Origin: Felis catus
Taxonomy: Eukaryota
Direction of reading: 5' to 3'
NCBI RefSeq assembly: GCF_018350175.1
Contig: NC_058368.1
Span: forward strand, 88,476,001 to 88,540,000
Length of the DNA: 64,000 nt
Below are positions 13,661-25,542 of the stretch, one piece after another; the first letter of the stretch is position 1, and each line of letters starts with the position of its first letter. The notes under the pieces are model-generated. The model searched no databases. It had not been told where the DNA came from and was given only the letters and a program-made list of their open reading frames with translations. Both the position numbers and the translations under genes were made by a program.

Positions 13661-14567
13661 TGGAGTTGCTTGTGTGAGTTTGATAGGAGTTATTTTGTGA
13701 GCAGATAGTGAATTGTAGTAAGAGGTACAGGTGCAGGTTGTCTCCTAGTGATGCCCACGTCTCACAAATGGGAGACAGGCTCATAGCAGAAGAGTCATTC
13801 CTGTGTGCAGATAAAGTAACTTCTAACTGTAGCCTTCTTCCCCACATCTTAATTCCTGGTCATGTGAGTTTTATTCTATGTATAGAAACAGTTGAGAATG
13901 AACATAGTTTGCAAACGGATGGGTGAATCAGGCTGCATGGCCAAAAAGGTTTTCCTGGTGGAGTGCACATTCAAAAGTTTGAGATAACTGATTTAAAGCA
14001 CAAAGGAATCTTTTCTGTCTGGGAGGAGGGTGGGACATGTTTGGGGTGTGCTAAACCATAAAGAAAAGGGGTGGGAAAGATTTTGAGCAGCATCCATCTT
14101 TGAGGTGAGGGGGTTCTCAGTCATGGGTGATTGCTGAAAGAGTGGCCCTGTAGATGTCTTGACCAAATCTGACCGCCAGGACCCTAATACATAAAAAGCC
14201 CTTTAATGGCTACATGTTGTCCTATGCTCTCCCTGGCTCTGTGTGTTTCTCTCTCTGTTCCAGACAAAATTCCTCCTCCTCTGGGCAATGAGAATTTTCT
14301 CTTTGTCCTCCAGTTACCCTGCCCCAACTCATGCGTCTCTTCCTCCATGAACCAGTCCCTGGTATCCTTTGTTGCACTTACCAGTAAACCAAGGTCCATG
14401 AAGTCAGAGACGACATGTTTCCCCCCAACCCCTCATGTATCTATATTGCTAACACAGTCGGTAGCAGATAGCAAGTGCTTGATGAGTGTTTGCCAAAAAC
14501 CAAAGGAGGTACTTTTATGTTACACCCCATCTTTGTCACTAACAATAAAGAGTAAATCATCCTTGTC

Positions 14568-17500
14568 TTTTTTTTTATTATTTTTCTTTTTTAAAATTTA
14601 CATCCAAATTAGTTGGCATATAGTGCGACAATGATTTCAAGAGTAGATTTCTTATTGCCCCTTACCCATTTACACCATCCCCCGTCCCCCAACCCATCCA
14701 GCCACCCTCAGTTTGTTCTCCATATTTATGAGTCTTTTCTGTTTTGTCCCCCTCCCTGTTTTTATATTATTTTTGTTTCCCTTCCCTTATGTTCATCTGT
14801 TTTGTCTCTTAAAGTCCTCATATGAGTGAAGTCATATGATGTTTGTCTTTCTCTGACTGACTAATTTCACTTAGCGTAGTATCCTCCAGTTCCATCCACG
14901 TCGTTGCAAATGGCAAATTCCATTCTTTTTGATTGCCAAGTAATACTCCATTGTATATACCACATCTTCTTTATCCATTCATCCATCGATGGACATTTGG
15001 GCTCTTTCCGTACTTTGGTTATTGTTGATAGTGCTACTATAAACATGGGGGTGCATGTGTCCCTTCGAAACAGCACACCTATATCCCGTGGATAAATGCC
15101 TAGTAGTGCAATTGCTGGGTTGTAGAATAGTTCTATCTTTAGTTTTGTGAGGAACCTCCATATTGGTTTCCAGAGTGGCTGCACCAGCTTGTATTCCCAC
15201 CAACAACGCAAAAGAGATCCTCTTTCTCCGCATCCTGAGTTATTAATGTTACCCATTCTGACAGGTGTAAGGTGGTATCTCATGGTGGTTTTGATTTGTA
15301 TTTCCCTGATGATGAGAGATGTTGAGCATATTTTCATGTGTTGGTTGGCCATCTGGATGTCTTCCTTAGAGAAGTGTCTATTCATGTCTTTTGCCCATTT
15401 CTCCACTGGATTATTTGTTTTTTGGGTGTGGAATTTGATAATTTCTTTGTAGATTTTGGAAACGAATCCTTTATCTGATATGTCAGTTGCAAATATCTTC
15501 TCCTATTCTGTCGGTTGCCTTTTAGGTTTGCTGATTGTTTCCTTAAGTGTGCAGAAGCTTTTTATTATGATGAGGTCCCAGTAGTTCATTTTTGCTTTTG
15601 TTTCCCTTGCCTCTGGAGACGTGTTGAGTAAGAAGTTGCTGTGGCCAAGATCAAAGAGGTTTTTGCCTGCTTTCTCCTCAAGGATTTTAATGGCTTCCTG
15701 TCCTACATTGAGGTCTTTCATCCATTTTGAGTTTATTTTTGTGCATGGTGTAAGAAAGTGGTACAGGTTCATTCTTCTGCATGTCGCTGTCCAGTTTTCC
15801 CAGCACCAGTTGCTGAAGAGACTCTCTTTATTCCATTGGATATTCTTTCCTGCTTTGTCAAAGATTAGTTGGCTATACATTTGTGGGTCAATTTCTGGGC
15901 TCTCTATTCTGTTCCATTGATCTGAGTGCCTGTTCTTGTGCCAGTACCATACTGTCTTGATAATTACAACTTTGTAGTATAGCTTGAGGTCTGGCATTGT
16001 GATGCCTCCTGCTTTGGTTTTCTTTTTCAAAATTGCTTTGGCTATTCGGGGTCTTTTATGGTTCCATACAAATTTTAGGATTATTTGTTCTCGTTCTGTG
16101 AAGAATGCTGGTGTTATTTTGATAGGGGTTGCATTGAATATGTAGATTGCTTTGGGCAGTAGTGACATTTTAACAATATTTCTCCCTCCTATCCAGGAAC
16201 ATGGAATCTTTTTCCATCTTTTGTGTCTTCTTCAATTTTTTTCATAAGCCTTCTATAATTTTTGGTGTATAGATATTTCACCTCTTTCTAGATGTATTCC
16301 TAGGTATTTTATGTTTTTTTTGTACAACTGTAAATGGGATCGATTCCTTGATTTCTCTTTCTGTTGCTTCGCTGTTGCTGTATAGGAATGCAACCTGCAG
16401 TTTTTGGTGGAATCTTTTGGGTTTTTGATATAGAGTATCATATCATCTGCGAAGAGTGAAAGTTTGACCTCCTCCTAACCGATTTGGATGCCTTTAATTT
16501 TTTTGTGTTGTCCAATTGCAGAGGCTAAGACTTCCAATACTATGTTGAATAACAGTGGTGAGAGTGAACATCCCTGTCTTGTTCTTGACCTTAGCAGGGA
16601 AGCTCTCAGTTTTTCCCCATTGAGGATGATATTAGCATTGGGTCGTTCATATATGGCTTTTATGATCTCGAGGTATGCTCCTTCGATCCCTACTTTCTTG
16701 TGGATTTTTATCAAGGAAGGATGCTGTATTTTGTCAAATGCTTTCTCTGCATCTATTGAGAGGATATGGTTCTTGTCCTTTCTTTTATTGATGTGATGAA
16801 TCCCATTAATTGTTTTGTGGATATTGAACCAGACCTGCATCCCAGATATAAATCCCACTTGGTCGTGGTGAATATTTTTTTAAATGTATTGTTGCATCCG
16901 GTTGGCTAATATCTTGTTGAGGATTTTTGCATCCGTGTTCATCAGGGAAATTGGTCTATAGGTGTCCTTTTTAGTGGAGTCTCTGTTTGGTTTTGGAATC
17001 AAGGTAATGCTCGCTTCATAGAAAGAATTTGAAAGTTTTCCTTCCATTTCTATTTTTTGGAACAGTTTCAAGAGAATAGGTGTTAACTCTTCCTTAAATG
17101 TTTGGTAGAATTCCCCTGGGAAGCCATCCAGCCCTGGTCTCTTGCATTTTGGCAGATTTTTCATTACTAATTCAATTTCTTTACTGTTTATGGGTGTGTT
17201 CAAATTTTCTATTTCTTCTTGTTTCAGTTTTGGTAGTGTATATGTTTCTAGGAATTTGTCCGTTTCTTCCAGATTACCCATTTTATTGGCATATAATTGC
17301 TCATAATATTCTCTTATTATTTTTTTTTATTTCTGTTGTGTTGGTTGTGATCTCTCCTCTTTAATTCTTGATTTTACTTATTTTACTTACTTTTTCTTCT
17401 TGATCAAACTGGCTAGTGGTTTATCAATTTTGTTAATTCTTTCAAAGAACCAGCTTCTGGTTTCATTGATCTGTTCTACTGTTTCTTTGGTTTCGATAGC

Positions 17501-20500
17501 ATTAATTTCTGCTCTAATCTTTATTATTTCCTGTCTTCTGCTGGTTTTGGGTTTTATTTGCTGTTCTTTTTCCAGCTCCTTAAGGCGTAAGGTTAGGTTG
17601 TGTATCTGAGATCTTTCTTCCTTCTTTAGGAAGGCCTGGATTGCTATATACTTTCCTCTTATGGCCGCCTTTGCTGCATCCCAGAGGTGTTGGGTTGTGG
17701 TGTTATCATTTTCATTGACTTCCATATACTTTTTAATTTCCTCTTTAACTGCTTGGTTAGGCCATTCATTCTTTAGTAGGATGTTCTTCAGTCTCCAAGT
17801 GTTTGTTACCTTTCCAAAGTTTTTTTTTGTGGTTGATCTCGAGTTTCATAGTGTTGTGGTCTAAAAATATGCATGGTATGATCTCGATCTTTTTGTACTT
17901 ACTTAGGGATGATTTGTGTCCCAGTATATGGTCTATTCTGGAGAACGTTCCATGTGCACTGGAGAAGTATGTATATTCTGCTTTAGGATGAAATATTCTG
18001 AATATATCTGTTAAGTCCATCTGGTCCAGTGTGTTATTCAAAGCCATTGTCTCCTTGTTGATTTTTTGATTAGATGATCTGTTCATTGCTGTGAGTGGGG
18101 TGTTGAAGTCTCCTACTTTTAAGGTATTACTATCGATGAGTTTCTTTATGTTTCTGATTAATTGATTTATATATTTGGGTGCGGCCACATTTGGCGCATA
18201 AATGTTTAAAATTTGTAGGTCCTCTCCGTGGATAGACCCCTTGATTCTAACATAATGCCCTTCTGTATCTCTTGATACAGTCTTTATTTTAAAGTCTAAA
18301 TTGTCTGATATAAGTATGGCAACTCTGGCTTTCTTTTGTTGACCATTAGCATGATAGAGGGTTCCCCATCCCCTTATTTTCAATCTGAAGGTGTCTTTAG
18401 GTCTCAAGTAGGTCTCTTGTAAAGAGCATATAGATGGATTTTGTTTTCTTATCCATTCTGTTACCCTTTGTCTTTTGATTGGAGCATTGAGTCTATTGAC
18501 GTTTAGAGTGAGTACTGAAAGATATGAATTTATTGCCATTATGATGCTTGCAGAGTTGGAGTTTCTGGTGGTGTTCTCTGGTCCTTTATAATCTTTTGTT
18601 GCTTTTGGTATATATACTTTTTTTTTTCATCTCTTCTCCCCTCAGAGAGTCCCCCTTAAAGTTTCTTGCAGGGCTGGTTTAGTGGTCACAAACTCCTTTA
18701 ATTTTTGTTTGCCTGGGAAAAATTTATCTCTCCTTCTATTTTGAATGACAGCCTTACTTGATAAAGAATTCTTGGCTGCATGTTTTTCTGAGTCAGCACA
18801 CTGAATATATCCTGGAACTCCTTTCTGGCCTGCCATGTTTCTGTAGAGATAGGTCTGCTGCAAATCTGATCTGTCTTCCCTAGTATGTTAGGGACTTTTT
18901 TTCCCTTGCTGCTTTCATAATTCTCTCCTTGACTGAGTATTTTGTGAATTTGACTATGATATGCCTTGCTGATGGTCGGTTTTTGTTGAATCTAATGGGG
19001 GTCCTCCGTGCTTCCTGGATTTTGATGTCTGTGTCTTTCCCCAGGTTAGGAAAGTTTTCCACTATGATTGGCTCCAATAACCCTTCTACCCCTATTTCTC
19101 TCTCTTCCTCCTCTGGGACCCTTATGATTCTGATGTTCCTTTTAATGAGTCACTGATTTCTCTAATTCTTAAATTGTGCTCTTTTGCCTGAATCTCCCTC
19201 TTTTTTTCTGCTTTGTTATTCTTTATAAATTTGTCTTCTATATTGTTGATTCTCTGTTCTGCCTTGTCTACCTTGCCACCGCTGCATCCATCCATGATTG
19301 CAGCTCAGTTACAGCATTTTTAATTTCATTCTGGATATTTTTTACTTCTTTTATCTCTGCAGAAATGGATTCTAATCTATTTTCTACTCCAGCTAGTATT
19401 CTTATTCTCGTGATTCTAAATTCTGGTTCAGACATCTTGCTTGTATCTGTGTTGGTTAAATCCCTGGATGTTGTTTCTTCCTGATTTTTCTTTTGGGGTG
19501 AATTCCTTCATTTTGTCATTTTGAAGGGAGAAAAGGAATTAATGAGGTAGAAAAATTCAAATTAAAAAATTCAAATTACAAAAATATTAAAATTAAAAAT
19601 TAAACACACACACAAAAACTAATAGATTATGCTCAATCCTAGGTTTGTTTTGGTCTGGGTGTTGAAATTGGTTTGACAGATTAGAGAAAAAAAAAGGAGG
19701 GGGAAGAAAAAAAGGAAATCGTTTGAGAATTTGAAAAAATGAATACACTGAAGTAGACCAAATGAGATGATGGGGGTAAAATAGAATTTGAGAAAATATA
19801 CACAAAAGTAAAGAATATAGTAGGAAAAAAGTTAAAGAAAAATATTTTTTAATAAAAAGTAAAATATGAGTGTTTTGTTTCTGTGTTTAAGAAAAATGAA
19901 AAGAAAAAAGATAAAAAAGAAAAAAAGGAAAAAAATCGTTTGAAAATTTGAAAAAGTGAATACACTGTAATATAGTAGAATAAAATGATGGGAATAAGAT
20001 AGAATTTGAAAAAATGTACATAAAAGCAAAAAATATAGTAATAAAAATTAAATAAAAATATTTTTAAAATAAATTAAAGTAAAAATTATGTTTTTCTCTT
20101 TCTGCATTCAAGAAAAAGAAAAGAAATAAAAAAGAGAAAAAGGAAAAAGGAAAAAAAGAGAAAAAAATTGAATAGATGAACCTGCTAACAGATTGAAATA
20201 GGACTGAAATTGCTTTGTTTTCCCCTAGAGGTCAGTCTATGTAGCTCTTTATAGTCCATAAATTAAGCTGGAGGTGAGGCTTTTGTTCTTGAAGAGCTAA
20301 GTTGGCCCAGTTGGGAGGAGTTCCATGTAACAGCTCCACTCTCCACTAGATGGCGCTGCTAGCCTACTGGGGTGGATTGTTGCCATGCTGCAGGTTCGTA
20401 TGCGCTTGTGTGGTAGCGGTGTAAATGGCGCCACCCAGCTACCCAGTCTGTTCTTCCAGATCAGCCATTGTGCACCTGTTCTCTGTCTCCAGCTCTTGTC

Positions 20501-21428
20501 CACTCCCCGTTTTTTCACTCTCTGTGACCAGACTCCAGGCAGTACCTCTCTCCCAAGTTTTGTCTCAGATGCGGCTGTTTTCCTGGCCCTTACTTCTGAA
20601 AGGCTGTGGCTTTGACCTGCTCTGCCCCTCTGTGGGAGGGTCTCACTGAGCAATGGCTGAATGAGCAATGGCCAAATGTCAGTTGCAACCAGGAATGCCT
20701 GATTGATCCTGCTGTTGCCAGTGCCCCAAGACTGCAGCCAGGTGCCAGCCTGCCCCCACAAAAGTTCACGAGACAATGTAGCAGCGTTTCAGGGATTATG
20801 GAAAATCACAACACACATCTGGCATCAGGCTTCCCCCTCAATGGCCTTGCCCCAGCACCAGCGAATGTGGCTGCCTTCCAGGGTCTGCTGGGACCAGGAA
20901 GCTTCAACAGTCTCTACCAAATGTCCTTCCAGCAGTGGAACCACTTTTCCCCGTGTGGCCCGAGAACCTTCCAGACCCCACTCTGTTCCTGGGGATTGGC
21001 CCTTCCTACCAGAGCACCACCAGGTATCGAGTTGCAGCCTTTGCGCTCCCCTTGTTTACAGTCTTAATAGAATTTAAACCCTCTCTCCTTTCTCCCTTTT
21101 TAGTTTAGTCCTGCGGTTGTTTCCAATTTTCTACTTTCTCTGCAGCTGCTTTTGGGGAAGGGTACTTTTCCCGTATTCTTCCCCCCTCCCCAGTCTCCGT
21201 CCTCTGCCTGCAAAAGCAGTTCCCTACCTTTTGCAGCCTTTCTCTCCCAAGTTCAGCTCTCCATGCCGTGTACCTCCTTAATTCTGTGGTTCAGGGTGTT
21301 CAGATTGTTGTTAATCCTCCAATCAGTTTTCTAGGTGTGTAAGATGGTTTAGTGTTGGTCTGGCTGTATTTCATGGACATGAGACACACAAAAAGCTTCC
21401 ATGCTGTTCCACCATCTTGGCTCCTCCC
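14568..21428 (-). mobile_element. Near full-length inactive carnivore L1 (~6.9 kb) with a long 5' UTR
   Basis: Poly(T) at 14568; ORF2 fragments 14867-18539 (EN, RT, C-terminus); ORF1 ~18640-19520; 5' end reads gggaggagccaagatgg on minus; multiple frameshifts. Confidence 0.97.
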
Positions 21429-22813
21429 CTCTCCTCTTTCAGTCTTGATTTTATTTCTGTGGGTCAGTCTGTTTTTCTTTGCGATCAATTGGCTAAGCAG
21501 CTATCAAATTTGTTAATTCTTTCAAAGAACCAGATCCTGGTTGATCTGTTCTACTTTTTTTTTAAATTTCATTATTATCATTGTTTGTTTTTTCCTTATA
21601 GTCGTTATTATTTCCCTTCTTCTGCTGTTTGTGGGCTTTATTTGCTGTTCTTTTCCCAGCTCCTTTAGGTGTAAGTTTAGGTTATATATTTGAGACCTTT
21701 CTTTCACCTTTAGGAAGACCTGGATTGCTATAATTCCCTCTTATGATCGCCTTACCTGCATCTAAGAGGTTTTGAGCTCTTGGGTTTTCCTTTTCATTGG
21801 TATCCATGTACCTTTTAATTTCCTCTTTAATTTCTTCTTTAACCAAATCATTCTCTAGTAGGAGGTAATATCCAAATATTCATCATCTTTATAATTTTTT
21901 TCTTGTGGTTCATTTTGATTTTCATAGCATTGTGTTCTGAAAATATGTAATGTATGATCTTGATCTTTTCGTACTTGGTGAGAGCTAATTTGTGACCTGG
22001 TATGTGATCTATTCTGGATAATGTTCCATGTACTCTCAAGAAGAATGTGTATTCAGCTGCTTTAGGATGAAATGTTCTGAATAGATATGTTAAGTCCATC
22101 CAGTCCAGTGTGTCATTCAAAGCCATTGTTTCCTTGTTGATTTTCTGCCTAGAGGATATGCCCATTGTAGTGAGTGGGGTGTTGAAGTCCTCTACTCTTA
22201 TGGTATTGTTATGAATGAGTTTGTGTATGTTTGTGATTAATTGATTTATATACTTGTGTACTTCCATATTTGGTGCAAAAATGTTTATAATTGTTAGATC
22301 TTCTTGGTGGATAGACCCCTTAATTATGATGTAATGCTCTTCTTCATCTCTTTTTACAGTGTTTATTTTAAAATCTAGTTTGTCTATGTATAGCTACTGC
22401 AGCTTTCTTTTGACCACCATTAGCATGCTAGATGGTTCTCCATCCCCTTGCTTTGAATCTGAAGCTGGATTTAGATCTAAAATGAGTTTCTTGTAGGCTG
22501 CATAGAGATGGGTTTTGTTGTCTTATCCATTTTGATACCCTATGTCTTTGATTGGAGCATTTAATCCATTTACATTTAGAGTGAGTCCTGAAATATATTA
22601 ATTCAGTGCATTTTGTTTCCTGTGTAGATGGTGTTTCGGGTGATGTCTCTGGTCTTCTAGTTTGTGTTGCTTTTGGCCTTTTTTGGTTTGTTTGTTTTGT
22701 TTTGTCTTTTCGCCATTCAAAGAGTCTGCCTTAAAATTTCTTGCAGACCTGATTCAGTGGTCACAAACTCCTTTAGTTTTTGTTTGGGAAAATTTTATCT
22801 CTCCTTCTATTTA

Positions 22814-23036
22814 TTTATTAAAAATTGTTGTTATTAATCTTTATTTTTGAGAGAGAGAGAGAGAGAGAGAGCAAGCAGGGGAGGGGCATAGAGAGAGGGA
22901 GACACAGAATCTGAAACAGGCTCCAGGCTATGAGCTGTCAGTGCAGAGCCTAAATCGGACTCTAACTCGCAAACCAGGAGATCATGGCCTGAACTAAAGT
23001 CAGATACTTAACCAATTGAGCCACCCAGGTGCCCCA
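22814..23036 (-). mobile_element. SINEC_Fc-type SINE
   Basis: Ends gagccacccaggtgcccc on +; TSD ctctccttctattt / ctctccttccattt. Confidence 0.92.
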
Positions 23037-23085
23037 CTCTCCTTCCATTTTGAATGCAGCCTTGCTGGATAAAGAATTCTTGGTT

Positions 23086-23638
23086 GCCTTCATACTTTCT
23101 CATTGCCAAGTAGTATTCCATTGTATATATAAACCACATCTTCTATATCCATTCATTAGTTGGTGGATATTTAGGCTTTTTCCATAATTTGGCTATTGTT
23201 GAAAGTGCTGCTATAAGCAAAATCGTGCCATTTGCAGCAGTTTGGATGTAACTGGAAGGTATTATGCTGAGTGAAAAAAGTCAGAGAAAGACAGATAACA
23301 GATGTTTGTACTCAAATGTGGATCTTGAGAATCTTAACAGAAGACCATGGGGAAAGTGAAGGGGAAAAAAGTTTCAAACAGAGAACAGAGGAAAAAAAAG
23401 TAGTTACAAAACTAGTCACAAATACAGAGAACACTCCGAGGGTTGATGGCAGGGTGGGGGACAGGAGAAAATGGGTGATGGGCATTGAGGAGGGCACTTG
23501 TTTGGATGAGCACTGGGTGTGGTATGCAAGTTATGAACCATGGAAATCTACCCCAAAAACATTACATACTGTATGTTAGCCAAATTGACAATAAATTATA
23601 TTTTAAAAAGTAAATAAAAGTTTAATCCATCTTTAAAA
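23086..23638 (+). mobile_element. 5'-inverted (twin-primed) truncated L1
   Basis: ~23090-23217 is antisense L1 and ~23220-23610 is the sense L1 3' end; perfect 15-bp TSD aaagaattcttggtt at 23071-23085 and 23639-23653. Confidence 0.88.
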
Positions 23639-23824
23639 AAAGAATTCTTGGTTCCATATTTTTCCAATTCAGCACAATGTATATATCTGCCACTGTTTTC
23701 TGGCTTGCCAAGTTTCTGTGGATAGGTCTGTTGTGAACCTGATCTGTCTTCCCTTGTTGATTAAGGACTTTTTTCCCTTGCTGCTTTTATAATTCTAAAA
23801 AACTAATTCTAAGAAACTAATTTG

Positions 23825-24100
23825 TGGAGTGCCTGGGTAGGTCAGGGGTTGTGGGTTAAGCGCCTGACTTCGGTTCAGGTCATAATCTTATGGTTCTTGA
23901 GTTTGAGACCCATGTAGGGCTCTCTGCTGGCCCTGAGTCTGAAGCTTGCTTCAAATTCTGTCTCCCTATCTCTCTTCTCCTTCTCTATGCACACTGTGCA
24001 CACTTTCTCTATCTCTCAAAAATAAATAAACGTTTAAAAACTAAACTGAAATGAAATGAATAAATAAAATAAAATAAAATAAAATAAAATAAAATAAAAT
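23825..24100 (+). mobile_element. SINEC_Fc-type SINE with (TAAAA)n tail
   Basis: gagtgcctgggt...gttaagcgcctgacttcggttcagg; TSD aaactaatttg / aaactgatttg. Confidence 0.9.
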
Positions 24101-24539
24101 AAACTGATTTGGAAAAGTTTCAAAGAATTTCACACCTCACCACCATGTGGCTCCTGCTGCAATGGGTCACAGTGATGACATACTGCATGTTCTGACATAG
24201 GCAGTAGTTCTCAATAGGCCATGTGCTCCCCTTATGTCACATTACCTATTACAGACCAGTGAATTCTTAGAGATGAAAAGTAACAAAAATTCCAGGACAC
24301 AGTGTATTTTGATAACATACAACATCATAAATTGTTCTGAAGAAGGTCTGAAAATACTCTTTTAATGCAAGCCTGAATCTTCAAGCACATAAAATACATT
24401 TCTTATGCACAATTCAGCATCACTGGAAAAAATACCCATCACCAATCCGTGATATACATTTTTTTTCCTGATACACATTTTTAATGAGACCCAAAATCTT
24501 TGTTCAAGCTTTCCTACAAGGGCTTCTGCATTTCAGTGG

Positions 24540-24778
24540 CCATTCATTTTCTGTATCCTTTTTTTTGTCACCTGCAGGTATATCAGAATCTGTAGAATAT
24601 TTGATAGGGAAATGATACCCATGATGCTATCTGCCTCATTCACAACCAGCATCCCATGCACCTCAGCCCACTATATGCTGTCCAGGATATTTCTCCAGAT
24701 TACTGTAACTACCAATAAAAATGAAGTACTGTGAGAAGTGCTAAATGGCCTGGGACACTGTTATATCTAGGTTAGTGT

Positions 24779-24827
<49 letters not shown>

Positions 24828-25542
24828 CAGCAAGGTTAATTACATCAGATTTGGAGCAAATATCTACACCTTTCCCTGACTCATGCAATATAGACAAGCC
24901 TGATACTTGTTTTTCTACACAGATGTTTAAGTCTTTACTGAAGGGAGTGTCCGGGTGGATGAAGGTGATGTTGTGGTGGGTCCCAAGTGCAAGAGCATCT
25001 GGGTCCTGCTTCACAAAGGCAGGCTTTGGTATATCAGACATTCAAACCTGAGGAACTTGAGAATCCATTTGTGGGTAAGCATAGGAAGAGCATTCCCACT
25101 TAGAGGATCAACAACTTGCAATGTGTGGATTTTCATTTTTAATCAACAAATATACAGCATGAAAGAGGCTTGCATCTAGAGCTGTATTCACTGAAGGTCA
25201 ATGTTTCTTGTAAATAAACTCCCTCCATGTTTCCATTTCATGTTCCTCTAATTCATAGGTGTGTACCATGAATGACAGATAATATCTATGTAGTGGATTT
25301 ATGAAATCTAATTGTTAGCATTCCTACAAGACTTTGTTCTGAATTCTCCCACATTTGCACTGCTGGAAAACCATTGGCTTCTAAGGCAAAGATAGCCTTT
25401 CTAACTTGTCATGTAGTATGAGAGACCACAAACTTTGAACTGGTTGGACTGATGTGGTGACACTTGTGTGACCTCATGAAGTGCCTGGAAACCCACTTTC
25501 TGAGTCTTGCGACTCTTTTTCCAACTAGAATTTCTCCAGCAT
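24540..25542 (-). pseudogene. PRKAG2: Processed pseudogene of AMPK gamma-2 subunit (CBS-domain region, starting at the short-isoform Met)
   Basis: Minus-strand translation MLEKF*LEKESQDSESG...[30 protein letters not shown]...[14 protein letters not shown]...[33 protein letters not shown]...[19 protein letters not shown]...LDITVSQA...PAGDKKKDTENE matches recalled PRKAG2 (MLEKLEF..., MSDMPKPAFMKQ, PAGAKQKETETE) rather than PRKAG1; intronless, with many stops and frameshifts; probable 3' UTR continues to ~24110. Confidence 0.95.
24783..24825 (-). repeat. 43-nt poly(A) run (poly-T on +) inside the PRKAG2 pseudogene CDS
   Basis: Counted directly; lies at the NLAA-EKT position. Confidence 0.95.

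Larger units (their letters stand above)
21430..23795 (-). mobile_element. Older L1 fragment (ORF1 end to ORF2 EN domain) hosting nested insertions
   Basis: Minus-strand ORF EDFNTPLTTM...FRTFHPKAAEYTFF (21848-22267). Confidence 0.88.

Noticed and set aside
13665..14250. Possible old LTR
   Set aside because: Termini and TSD could not be defined
15147..19484. Hydrophobic plus-strand ORFs suggesting membrane proteins
   Set aside because: Antisense shadows of A-rich L1 ORFs; the same applies to the other L1s
24772..25041. 89-aa ORF with a poly-Lys tail as a functional protein
   Set aside because: It is a residual frame of the PRKAG2 pseudogene; the Lys run comes from the A43 expansion
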